21,244 bases of DNA from NCBI GenBank assembly GCA_016936615.1, contig JAFGXN010000040.1, forward strand, positions 1-21,244. The letters run 5' to 3'. This stretch comes from Spirochaetales bacterium (lineage in GTDB: Bacteria; Spirochaetota; Spirochaetia; JAFGXN01). Positions within the stretch are counted from its first letter, which is position 1, and each line of letters begins with the position of its first letter. The notes beneath the pieces are model-generated. The model was given only the letters and a program-made list of their open reading frames with translations, made no database searches and was not told the origin of the DNA. Positions 1-7,807 of this stretch are shown one piece after another. The position numbers and the translations under genes are program-made.

Positions 1-144
1 AAATATAAGAAATTTTGCGTCAAAGAAATACTATAATCTTTCATGGCGTAAAGATTATCCTCTAAAATTCATTAATTCAATGCTAATTTCTATAAAGGTA
101 ATTAAATGCAGTGGTAAAATAATTTTTTTATTAAAGCTCTCTTT

Positions 145-173
145 TTGATATTGAATAAAAATCAAATTATACT
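145..173 (+). promoter_or_regulatory. Putative sigma70-type promoter for the histidine kinase gene (TTGATA-17nt-TATACT)
   Basis: TTGATA at 145-150 and TATACT at 168-173 with a 17-nt spacer, about 70 nt upstream of the ATG at 244. AT-rich context, so chance matches are possible. Confidence 0.35.
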
Positions 174-243
174 TTGAGAAAGGGTAGAATTTTTTAAAAA
201 TGTTTACTTAGAAAGAAAACAGGACGCTGGGAGTGTTTTTGAT

Positions 244-3200
244 ATGGAAAATAAAAATCAAACAGAGATAGAAAAAATAAAAGAAAGATTCGAACTAGCA
301 GTAGCGGGAACAAATGATGGAATCTGGGATTGGGATATCAAGACAAATTCACTTTATTTATCAAAAAGGTGGAAAGAGATTCTTGGATTTCAAGACTTTG
401 AGATAGAAAATGATTTTAGTAGTTTTGTCTCATTGCTGTATGAAGAAGATGCAGAAATGGTAAATCAGTATGTTCAAAAGTATCTCAAGGGCGAGATAGA
501 TAAATATTCCATAGAGTTCCGGATGAAGCATAAAAACGGCGAGCCGGTTTGGATTTTGGCAAAGGGAGAGGCGTTAAGAGATGAGAAAGGAATTCCTTAC
601 AGAATGTCAGGCTCGCACAGTGATATTACAGAGAGAAAAAAAATTGAAGAACAGCTAAAAGAAAATCAGATTAGATTAGAGCTTGCAATTGATGCAGGAG
701 AGCACGGGTTCTGGGATTGGAATTTGATCACAAATCAGACATATTTTAGCTCGACGTATTACACAATGCTTGGCTATGAGGATAAAGAGTTACCGATGAA
801 TCTAGATACCTTCATGGCTTTGATCCATCCAGATGATGCAAAAGAAGTCATGCCTGTTATTCAAAGTAGTATTGAGAAAGGTGAACCATATTCTGAAGAG
901 TTTCGCCTACGAGCAAAGGATGGTTCATACAGATGGATTCAAGGTAAGGGTAAGACCTATTCAGATTATCACTCTGGAAAACCAAATCGAGCTGTTGGAG
1001 TACATATTGATATACATGAGAGAAAAAATACTGAGATGGTTCTTGAGAAAAAAAAAGTTCGTCTTGAAAATATTATTAAGGGGACAAATGTAGGTACTTG
1101 GGAGTGGAATGTTCAGACAGGGGAGGTCTTTTTTAATGAGAGATGGGCTGAAATAATTGGATATACGTTAGAAGAAATATCTCCTATATCGATAGATACT
1201 TGGATGAAATTTGCATATCCTGAGGATCTTAAAAAGAGCGAAGAGTTTTTGAATCGACATTTTTCTGGAGAGTTGGATTATTATGAGTTTGAGTCTCGAA
1301 TGGTGCATAAAAACGGTTCTCTTGTCTGGGTTCTTGACAGAGGAAAGGTTTTTTCCTGGACAAAAGAGGGAAAGCCTTTACTGATGATGGGAACTCATCA
1401 GGATATCACAGAGCGAAAACAGGCTGAGCAGACAATTCTTGAGCAGTCGGAATTGCAGAATACATTAATGAACATCTCAAATAGTTTTATTAATGTCTCG
1501 CTTAGCAGGACAGATGAGACTGTCAAAGAGGCCTTGGCGCTACTTGGAAGTTTTACAAAGACTGACCGTTCATACATCTTTGATTATGATCATGATAGAC
1601 GGGTGTGCAATAATACCTACGAGTGGTGTGGGGATGGGATAATTCCTCAGATTGAGGAGTTGCAAGGAGTTCCTTTCGATTTAATCCCAGATTGGGTTGA
1701 GGCTCATTTTGCCGGAGAGCCTATAAACATAGCAGATGTTATGGCTCTTCCTGAGGATAATGGGGTACGACAGGTTCTTGAGCCTCAAAGCGTTCAAAGT
1801 ATTTTAACTTTACCGATGATGGATGGTGAGATTTGCACTGGGTTCGTGGGTTTTGATGCGGTAAAATCAATGCATACTTTTTCTGAAAAAGAGATGAATT
1901 TGCTCAAGCTCTTTGCTTTGATGTTGGTGAATGTCTTTAATAGGAATAAGATTCAGCATGAACTTAAAACTGCGAAAGAGGTTGCTGAGGCAGCAAGTAA
2001 GGCAAAATCTGAATTTCTTGCAAATATGAGCCATGAGATACGGACTCCGATGAATGCTGTTATTGGATTAGGGAAATTGCTAGAAGATACACCATTAAAT
2101 TCCTTGCAAAAAGATTACCTGACAAAAATAAATAGTTCGTCCTTAATTCTTCTTGGAATAATAAATGATATATTAGATTTTTCTAAGATAGAAGAGGGTA
2201 AATTGGAGTTGGATTCCCATCAGTTTGATTTCAATGAAATTATAAACAACATGAAAGATATCTTTTCTGAAGATGTAAGAAAAAAAGGGTTGGATTTTAA
2301 CTTTGAGATAGATCCTGATATCCCTCGATTTATGGTTGGCGACTCGTTGAGGATAAAGCAGATTTTAGCAAACTTGATTGGGAATGGAATAAAATTTACT
2401 CAGCGGGGATATTTATCAATAAAGATTGATAAAATTGGAAAAAATGATTCGAAATTTGTTAAATTGAAGTTTTCTATCTCGGATTCAGGAATTGGAATTA
2501 GCGAAGAGCAGATTTCAAGACTTTTTAACCCTTTTGTTCAAGCAGATTCTTCAACAACAAGAAATTTTGGTGGGTCTGGTCTTGGTCTAGTGATTAGCTC
2601 TCGCCTTGTTGCTTCTATGGGAGGAACTCTGAGTGTCTCCTCGGTTGTGGGCGAGGGAAGCTGTTTCTTCTTTGATATCAATCTTGAGGTTGCTGATGAA
2701 GCTAATCTTGCTTCTCATCTGTTAGGATCGACAGTATCTCCGTCAAGTTCTGTCCCAAATTTGAAGAATTATTCTATTTTATTGGTTGAGGATAATGAGA
2801 TCAATCAGGAAGTTGCAGCAAGATTTATCAAAAAGACAGATGCTGATTTTTATATCGTATCAAACGGAGAAGAGGCTGTACAGTTTGTAAAAAATAATTC
2901 AGTGGATTTAGTCCTTATGGATTTGCAGATGCCCAAAATGGATGGGTTTGAGGCTACGAGGCGGATTAGGGCGTGGGAAAATTCGGAAGGAAACTCGGAG
3001 AAAAAAGTTCCCATTATTGCTCTTTCTGCTGCTGTTCTAAATGATGATGTGGCAAATGCCCTTGCGTCGGGTATTGATTCTCATCTTGCAAAGCCGATTA
3101 AACCTGAATTTCTTTACCGTCAAATAATGGAAATTCTCCCAGGCGTGGAAACTTTTGACTCAGAGGATTCTCTCTCTTCGGAATCTTCAGATTTTCCTAA

Positions 3201-3765
3201 AGTGAAGGGGTTTTCTCTTCAACGCGGAATATTGATTTCGCAGGGAGATAGGGGCTTTTATATGAAGATGCTAAGAGGCTTCTATAAAAAAATGGAAGAG
3301 GAATTTCTTGCTTTTTCAAAAAAAATTGGGGATTTAGATCTTGAAACTATTCAGAAACAGTCTCATGCCCTAAAGGGAATCTCAGGAACAGTTGGAGCCG
3401 AGGCAATAGAACATATTTCAATTAAGATTGATGCTCTTGCTAAAAAAAAGCAATTAATACCGCTGGAACTCTCTTCTGATTTGGTAGAGTCGATTTCTTC
3501 TGCGATTCAAGAGCTTTCGAAGATTGTAGAAGAGGCTAAGACTCCTGAAGAAAAGTTTTCTTTAGTGGAGGATCGAGATCTATATCAAGAGATTGTTGAA
3601 AAGTTGAGAAGGAGCGAGCTTGTAGAGGATGAGCTTTTAAGCCTTGTTTGTTTCCAGATAAAAAAAGATAAAGGGACTCTCGAGGCTGAGAAGTTTCGAG
3701 ATCTAGTTGAGAACTATGAAATGGAAGATGCTGCCGAGATGTTGACGCGCTTAAAAGAGCTATAG
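244..3765 (+). CDS. Hybrid sensor histidine kinase/response regulator with Hpt domain (3x PAS, GAF, HisKA, HATPase_c, REC, Hpt)
   Basis: 1173-aa ORF. Three PAS_3-like repeats (GIWDWDIKTN..ITERK, GFWDWNLITN..IHERK, GTWEWNVQTG..ITERK). GAF-like region. HisKA H-box SHEIRTPMNAVIG (about nt 2030). HATPase motifs LIGNGIKFT and GGSGLGL. Receiver LLVEDNEINQ...DLVLMDLQMPKMDG. C-terminal Hpt HALKGISGTVGA. Confidence 0.9.
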   Translation: MENKNQTEIEKIKERFELAVAGTNDGIWDWDIKTNSLYLSKRWKEILGFQDFEIENDFSSFVSLLYEEDAEMVNQYVQKYLKGEIDKYSIEFRMKHKNGEPVWILAKGEALRDEKGIPYRMSGSHSDITERKKIEEQLKENQIRLELAIDAGEHGFWDWNLITNQTYFSSTYYTMLGYEDKELPMNLDTFMALIHPDDAKEVMPVIQSSIEKGEPYSEEFRLRAKDGSYRWIQGKGKTYSDYHSGKPNRAVGVHIDIHERKNTEMVLEKKKVRLENIIKGTNVGTWEWNVQTGEVFFNERWAEIIGYTLEEISPISIDTWMKFAYPEDLKKSEEFLNRHFSGELDYYEFESRMVHKNGSLVWVLDRGKVFSWTKEGKPLLMMGTHQDITERKQAEQTILEQSELQNTLMNISNSFINVSLSRTDETVKEALALLGSFTKTDRSYIFDYDHDRRVCNNTYEWCGDGIIPQIEELQGVPFDLIPDWVEAHFAGEPINIADVMALPEDNGVRQVLEPQSVQSILTLPMMDGEICTGFVGFDAVKSMHTFSEKEMNLLKLFALMLVNVFNRNKIQHELKTAKEVAEAASKAKSEFLANMSHEIRTPMNAVIGLGKLLEDTPLNSLQKDYLTKINSSSLILLGIINDILDFSKIEEGKLELDSHQFDFNEIINNMKDIFSEDVRKKGLDFNFEIDPDIPRFMVGDSLRIKQILANLIGNGIKFTQRGYLSIKIDKIGKNDSKFVKLKFSISDSGIGISEEQISRLFNPFVQADSSTTRNFGGSGLGLVISSRLVASMGGTLSVSSVVGEGSCFFFDINLEVADEANLASHLLGSTVSPSSSVPNLKNYSILLVEDNEINQEVAARFIKKTDADFYIVSNGEEAVQFVKNNSVDLVLMDLQMPKMDGFEATRRIRAWENSEGNSEKKVPIIALSAAVLNDDVANALASGIDSHLAKPIKPEFLYRQIMEILPGVETFDSEDSLSSESSDFPKVKGFSLQRGILISQGDRGFYMKMLRGFYKKMEEEFLAFSKKIGDLDLETIQKQSHALKGISGTVGAEAIEHISIKIDALAKKKQLIPLELSSDLVESISSAIQELSKIVEEAKTPEEKFSLVEDRDLYQEIVEKLRRSELVEDELLSLVCFQIKKDKGTLEAEKFRDLVENYEMEDAAEMLTRLKEL

Positions 3766-4212
3766 GGTTTCTGAGTATTTTACAATGTACTTTTTTAGAA
3801 TGTCCATACTCTTGTCATAGTTCTTTGCTGATTTCAAAAATGGATCTGGTATAGCTTTATATCTTTTATCCACAAGTTCTGAAAGTGTAATAAACTTTTT
3901 TCTGAATTTTCTTGGAGTTTCCCATTTGTGAGTCTTTGTCATTCCAATAATTATATCAGCCTCTTCAAACCTTTCTGGATGGGTCTTTTTGAAGGATGGT
4001 GAAAAATTATTTATTGACTCTTCTGAAACCCCATTTTTGAGAAGATAGGTCTTAGTCTTAGGGAAAATTTCCTTTGATCGATTGAATACTGCGGAGCTCT
4101 GAATCCACTCTATGTTGGTTCTTGAGGGTTTTTTCTCTAAAAGATATTTTGTGTATAGTTCTGCAAAGGGGCTTCTGCATACATTAGACGAACAAACAAA
4201 TAAAATTTTCAT
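3760..4212 (-). CDS. Low molecular weight phosphotyrosine protein phosphatase family (LMW-PTP/ArsC-like fold)
   Basis: N-terminal P-loop MKILFVCSSNVCRSP, which is C-X5-R(S) in the LMW-PTP signature (V/I)CxGNxCRS with G replaced by S. A DP-loop IPDPF lies downstream. GAGGT RBS sits 5 nt before the ATG at 4212. The ORF track's longer start at 4236 has no RBS. The stop codon overlaps the kinase stop, since the genes converge. Confidence 0.8.
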   Translation of the reverse strand: MKILFVCSSNVCRSPFAELYTKYLLEKKPSRTNIEWIQSSAVFNRSKEIFPKTKTYLLKNGVSEESINNFSPSFKKTHPERFEEADIIIGMTKTHKWETPRKFRKKFITLSELVDKRYKAIPDPFLKSAKNYDKSMDILKKYIVKYSETL

Positions 4213-4266
4213 AATACCTCGTATAAAAAGAATCATTTGTGGTAAAATGCACAGAAGGAGAATAAT

Positions 4267-4665
4267 ATGAAAGAAATTATAATGTCTAACCTTCCAGCAA
4301 GTATTGCCACAATTGGATTATGCCTATATTTTGCTGGAATGGCAATTGTCTTTATCCTGTCGCCAGTAAAAAATGCTAAAAAGTTTGCAGTGCAACCGGT
4401 TGATAATGCTGGTGTGACTGAGATAAGGGTTTACTATGGGGGAATTTCGCTGGCGTTGGCAATTTTTCTTGGATATATAATGCTAGGTGTCGGGATGCCT
4501 CGAGTCTCTCTGATTGGTGGAGTTATCTTTGCTACGACAGTTCTTGTTACTAGGACAATTTTCCTTTTTGTTGATAAAGGGTGGAAATGTCCTTATACGA
4601 AGCTAGCTATTCCTGCAGAGTCGCTGTTTGTTATTGCATTGTGGGTCTGCTTTCTTTTGAGTTAG
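4267..4665 (+). CDS. Small integral membrane protein (about 4 TM; DUF4345-like)
   Basis: 132-aa ORF with 4 hydrophobic helices. AGGAG RBS 6 nt upstream. Diverges from the PTP gene. An alternative start is at the second Met (MSNLP). Confidence 0.7.
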   Translation: MKEIIMSNLPASIATIGLCLYFAGMAIVFILSPVKNAKKFAVQPVDNAGVTEIRVYYGGISLALAIFLGYIMLGVGMPRVSLIGGVIFATTVLVTRTIFLFVDKGWKCPYTKLAIPAESLFVIALWVCFLLS

Positions 4666-4694
4666 AAAAATTTAGAGAATATGCCCGTATTTCC

Positions 4695-4723
4695 TTGACA
4701 CAAAACATAAGTTGTCGTATCTT
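4695..4723 (+). promoter_or_regulatory. Putative sigma70 promoter (TTGACA-17nt-TATCTT) for the DUF5320-like gene
   Basis: Consensus -35 TTGACA at 4695-4700, a 17-nt spacer and a weak -10 TATCTT at 4718-4723, 38 nt before the start codon. Confidence 0.4.
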
Positions 4724-4761
4724 ATTTATATGAACATATGTTATAAATAGGAGGTGACTTT

Positions 4762-5052
4762 ATGGCATTTCGTGATGGTTCTGGTCCTAATGGACAGGGT
4801 TCAATGACAGGTCGTGGTCTTGGTGCGTGTTCCGGCGTTAATGCTCCATTTTCAGGACGAGGTGGTGCAGGTCTAGGTCGTGGTAGAGGCGCTGGTCGTG
4901 GCTTTGTGCAAGGCCGAGGTCAAGGTCTTCGAGGTGGTTTTGGTTTTGCTGGGGTAAACAATAAAGATGTTTTGGAATCCCAACGAGAAGCAGCCAAGGC
5001 GCAATTAGCTGCTATAGAATCTCAGATAAAAAATTTATCTGAAGAGAAATAA
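4762..5052 (+). CDS. Glycine/arginine-rich small protein with C-terminal coiled coil (DUF5320-like family)
   Basis: 96 aa. The N-terminus MAFRDGSGPNGQGSMTGRGLGAC matches the conserved MPxxDGTGPxGxGPxTGRGxGxC start of DUF5320 proteins as I recall them. RGG/RG repeats follow (GRGGAGLGRGRGAGRGFVQGRGQGLRGGFGF), then an amphipathic helix LESQREAAKAQLAAIESQIKNL. Strong RBS AGGAGGTG. Confidence 0.8.
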   Translation: MAFRDGSGPNGQGSMTGRGLGACSGVNAPFSGRGGAGLGRGRGAGRGFVQGRGQGLRGGFGFAGVNNKDVLESQREAAKAQLAAIESQIKNLSEEK

Positions 5053-5054
5053 TT

Positions 5055-5092
5055 TTTACCCTGTTTGCTGACGCGAGCAGGGATTTTTATTT
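5055..5092 (+). terminator. Rho-independent terminator after the DUF5320-like gene
   Basis: CCCTGtttGCTGacgcGAGCAGGG hairpin followed by ATTTTTATTTTAT. Confidence 0.45.
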
Positions 5093-5117
5093 TATATATG
5101 AAAAAAATATAAAAATA

Positions 5118-5147
5118 TTGTCATGAATTATATTTTTAGTGTATAAT
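5118..5147 (+). promoter_or_regulatory. Putative sigma70 promoter (TTGTCA-18nt-TATAAT) for the small-ORF/flotillin operon
   Basis: TTGTCA at 5118-5123 and perfect TATAAT at 5142-5147, about 28-40 nt before the start codons. Confidence 0.45.
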
Positions 5148-5174
5148 TGTCTAATTATTAAAAAGCTCTAAAAT

Positions 5175-5393
5175 ATGAGGTGTTTTATGGATATGTTAAA
5201 CGGGCGTTTAAGTGATGGGACAATTTCCGTTACTAGTACAGAGGATATTGAAAAAGTCTACGAATTCATAAAGAATGAAAAGAATTTTATTTTTCAATAT
5301 GAAGAAAATGGAAAGAAAAGGTCGGAGCTCATTCTTACTGAAGGAATGCTTTCGAAGCTTAAGACAAGTGAATTAAAAATAATAGCAGAGTAA
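5175..5393 (+). CDS. Small hypothetical protein (68-72 aa), first gene of the flotillin operon
   Basis: ORF with a GAGGTG RBS. The better-spaced start is ATG 5187 (MDMLNGRL...). No recognisable motif, no TM segments. The stop lies 12 nt before the flotillin RBS/ATG. Confidence 0.5.
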   Translation: MRCFMDMLNGRLSDGTISVTSTEDIEKVYEFIKNEKNFIFQYEENGKKRSELILTEGMLSKLKTSELKIIAE

Positions 5394-5405
5394 AAAGGAG
5401 TTAGT

Positions 5406-6749
5406 ATGTTTTTAGAACCAGGAATGTTGGCATTAGCTATTGGTGGCGGAGTGCTTGGGTTGTTTTTATTGATGTTTATTATCGCACTTTTCAGGTGGTA
5501 TAGAATTGTCGATCCAAGTTCGGCACATCTTGTTGTTACACCTAAGAGTAAAATGGTTATCTCTTCAGATGAGAAGGTTCAGTGCAGTAAAAAGAAGCGA
5601 TCATATTTTTCAATTCCTTCATATATTCCATTTATTGGACGGACAGTCAGGGTTGTTGATTTGACTATCAGAGAGCTAGTTCTTGAGCAGGAGACTTATG
5701 AGATAAATCAGGCACGATACCAAGTTTCATCTAGTACAAAGTACAGAATTGTTGATGTTCGTACTGCGGGAGAGACGTTTAAGACAGATGATATTCTTGA
5801 GGAACAACTTAAAGAGGTTATTAAAGCGAGTGTTAGAGCAGTAACTGTAAAATATGATGTTGTTGATGCGAGAGCAAAGAAGCAGATAATGTCTAAGGAG
5901 ATTGTTGGCGAAATTGAAGAAGATTTTAAGCAATGGGGTATTCAGCTTGTGAATTTCCAGCTGGTCAATTTTCAGGACACTAAAGAAAGTACAATTATTT
6001 CAGATATTTCTCGAAGGAGAGAGGTTGAGATTCAGTCTAGAACCCGTCAGGAGAATGCTGAGCGGGTAAAAGAAGCAAGAATTAAAGAAGCCGAAGCAGA
6101 GCAGAAGGCTCGTGAAAGGGAAATAGAAAAAGATGAGGTTATTTCTGTCCGTGACCAGAACAAACAGCAGAAGATTGCAGAACAGGCAAAGGTTACCAGA
6201 GAGAAAGAATATTTTGTCAAAGAGGTTGAGATTGTAAGGCAGGCTGAGATTGATAAACAGCAGGCAATAATCAGAGCAAATCAGGATAGAGAGACTGAGG
6301 AAATCAAGAAAGTTCAAAAACAGCTAGAGGGAGAGGGAGAGAGGCTTAAGGCAGAGGAAATTGCAAAAGCTGAAGCTGCTCCTATCCGTGAGAAAGGTAT
6401 AGCTGAAGCGATGGCAAAAGAGAAACTCCAGGAAGCTCTTAATAAGTTTAAAGACGAAGCAATCAAAGCTCTTGTCGCGGAGAAGATTGTTGAAAAGGAT
6501 AAGGAAGTTGGCGTTGCAATTGCTCAGGCTCTAGCGAAGGCAGAGATGAAAGTTTTTCTTGGAGGAAGTGGAAGTGATTCTGAAGGATTTGAGCTAGGAA
6601 AGCTTTTGAATAGCATTAGAACCGCTGACGATGTAACAGGTTCTGCTGTTCTTAACAATATAGCACGTCCAAATGATTTAGGCTTTAAGGCTCTAGGGCT
6701 TCAAAGTGTTGATGAAATGGTTGAAAAAGAAGAGAAAGCAAAAAAATAA
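5406..6749 (+). CDS. Flotillin-like SPFH/band-7 domain protein (YqiK/FloT type)
   Basis: N-terminal TM helix LALAIGGGVLGLFLLMFIIALF, then RIVDPSSAHLVVTPKSK (SPFH core). A long Glu/Ala/Lys-rich coiled coil (EA-repeat region) follows, then a C-terminal flotillin tail. RBS AAGGAG. Confidence 0.85.
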   Translation: MFLEPGMLALAIGGGVLGLFLLMFIIALFRWYRIVDPSSAHLVVTPKSKMVISSDEKVQCSKKKRSYFSIPSYIPFIGRTVRVVDLTIRELVLEQETYEINQARYQVSSSTKYRIVDVRTAGETFKTDDILEEQLKEVIKASVRAVTVKYDVVDARAKKQIMSKEIVGEIEEDFKQWGIQLVNFQLVNFQDTKESTIISDISRRREVEIQSRTRQENAERVKEARIKEAEAEQKAREREIEKDEVISVRDQNKQQKIAEQAKVTREKEYFVKEVEIVRQAEIDKQQAIIRANQDRETEEIKKVQKQLEGEGERLKAEEIAKAEAAPIREKGIAEAMAKEKLQEALNKFKDEAIKALVAEKIVEKDKEVGVAIAQALAKAEMKVFLGGSGSDSEGFELGKLLNSIRTADDVTGSAVLNNIARPNDLGFKALGLQSVDEMVEKEEKAKK

Positions 6750-6766
6750 TCTATTATTATATAGAA

Positions 6767-6805
6767 GACTGCGTGATTTTTAATAATCTGCAGTCTTTTT
6801 TTTTA
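6767..6805 (+). terminator. Rho-independent terminator (AGACTGC...GCAGTCT stem plus T9)
   Basis: Stem AGACTGC (6767-6773) pairs with GCAGTCT (6790-6796), with inner GATT/AATC pairing, followed by TTTTTTTTT. Located 18 nt after the flotillin stop. Confidence 0.6.
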
Positions 6806-6841
6806 TTAAAACAGTGATATTATTAAAGGTGAGAGGTTAAT

Positions 6842-7558
6842 ATGGAAAGTCTAAAAGGTAAAAATATTCTGGTAACTGGTGCGACGTCAGGCATCGGCAG
6901 AAGTCTCGCGTTGAAATTATCTGCGGCAGGAGCAAATCTAGCAATCTGCGGAAGATCTCAGCAAAAGATGGAGTCGCTGGTAAAAGAAATTTCTGCTGGT
7001 TCTGCAGCATTAATTTATTCCGAGAGTTTTGACTTGCTCGACCAGCAGAGAATTTTCTCTTTTGTCGATAATGCGCACAGAACCCTTGGCGACTTCGATA
7101 TCCTTGTTAATTGTGCGGGGGCAAATCCAGCGAAAGGCCGCATTCCCGAAATCAATGTCGAGGATCTTGAGTGGATGCTGAAAGTCAAGCTTGTTGCACC
7201 TTTTCTCTTCATGCAGGAAGTCTATAAACGGATGAGAAATCTTGAGCAAGGGATGATTCTCAATGTAATGTCTACAGTCTGCAAGTTCTCGAACGAAGAT
7301 GTTGCATCATACACTGCATCAAAGGCTGGATTTGACGCACTTGCTAAGGTCTTCAGGAAGGAAGCACGTGCAAAAGGTCTTCGCGTCTGTTCAATTTATC
7401 CCGGCGGAGTTGATACTCCATTCCGTGATATCAAAAAACCAGAATATCTTAATTCTGAAGAGGTTGCTGATGCTATTGTCATGATGTTGTTGCAGAGACC
7501 GGGAGCATCTGTCGATGAACTTGTAATCCGACCGATGATTGAGAAGAACTTTTCATAG
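6842..7558 (+). CDS. Short-chain dehydrogenase/reductase (SDR) family oxidoreductase
   Basis: TGATSGIGRSLA (TGxxxGIG cofactor motif), NCAGA, catalytic YTASK (YxxxK), 238 aa. RBS AGGTGAGAGGT. Confidence 0.9.
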   Translation: MESLKGKNILVTGATSGIGRSLALKLSAAGANLAICGRSQQKMESLVKEISAGSAALIYSESFDLLDQQRIFSFVDNAHRTLGDFDILVNCAGANPAKGRIPEINVEDLEWMLKVKLVAPFLFMQEVYKRMRNLEQGMILNVMSTVCKFSNEDVASYTASKAGFDALAKVFRKEARAKGLRVCSIYPGGVDTPFRDIKKPEYLNSEEVADAIVMMLLQRPGASVDELVIRPMIEKNFS

Positions 7559-7807
7559 AAAGTTTGTTGCTGCGTGGTGCAAGGTCCTCCATCAGGACTG
7601 CCAATTGAAAGACGACTTCGAAGCGAATATGTAGTTAGCCTCTTCGAGAAAGAAGGTTTAGTTCTTGAGAAAAGTAAAAAAATAAATGAGTATCAGTATT
7701 TGAATATGTTTTGCAGGGCTCTGTAGATAATGACAATGCAAAGTTTTCTGTACTACCTTTTTTGTATTGTAAACTCTAATGGGTTACTCTTTAGTTAGAG
7801 GTTTTCA

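Noticed and set aside
833-1093. 86-aa + strand ORF inside the histidine kinase gene (alternate frame)
   Set aside because: Entirely embedded in a well-supported 1173-aa domain-rich CDS. Lys-rich low-complexity frame artefact of AT-rich DNA.
5727-6317. Minus-strand ORFs (68 and 105 aa) antisense to the flotillin gene
   Set aside because: Low-complexity Leu/Phe/Asn-rich translations of the antisense of a GAA/AAG-rich coiled-coil region. No RBS. Embedded in a strongly supported CDS.
7010-7484. Three short ORFs overlapping the SDR gene (both strands)
   Set aside because: The SDR frame carries unmistakable catalytic motifs. The overlapping ORFs lack starts with an RBS and have no features.
7559-7640. 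Possible tRNA or other small RNA gene in the intergenic region (contains TTCGAA)
   Set aside because: No cloverleaf can be built: no matching acceptor or T-stem around TTCGAA, and no anticodon arm.
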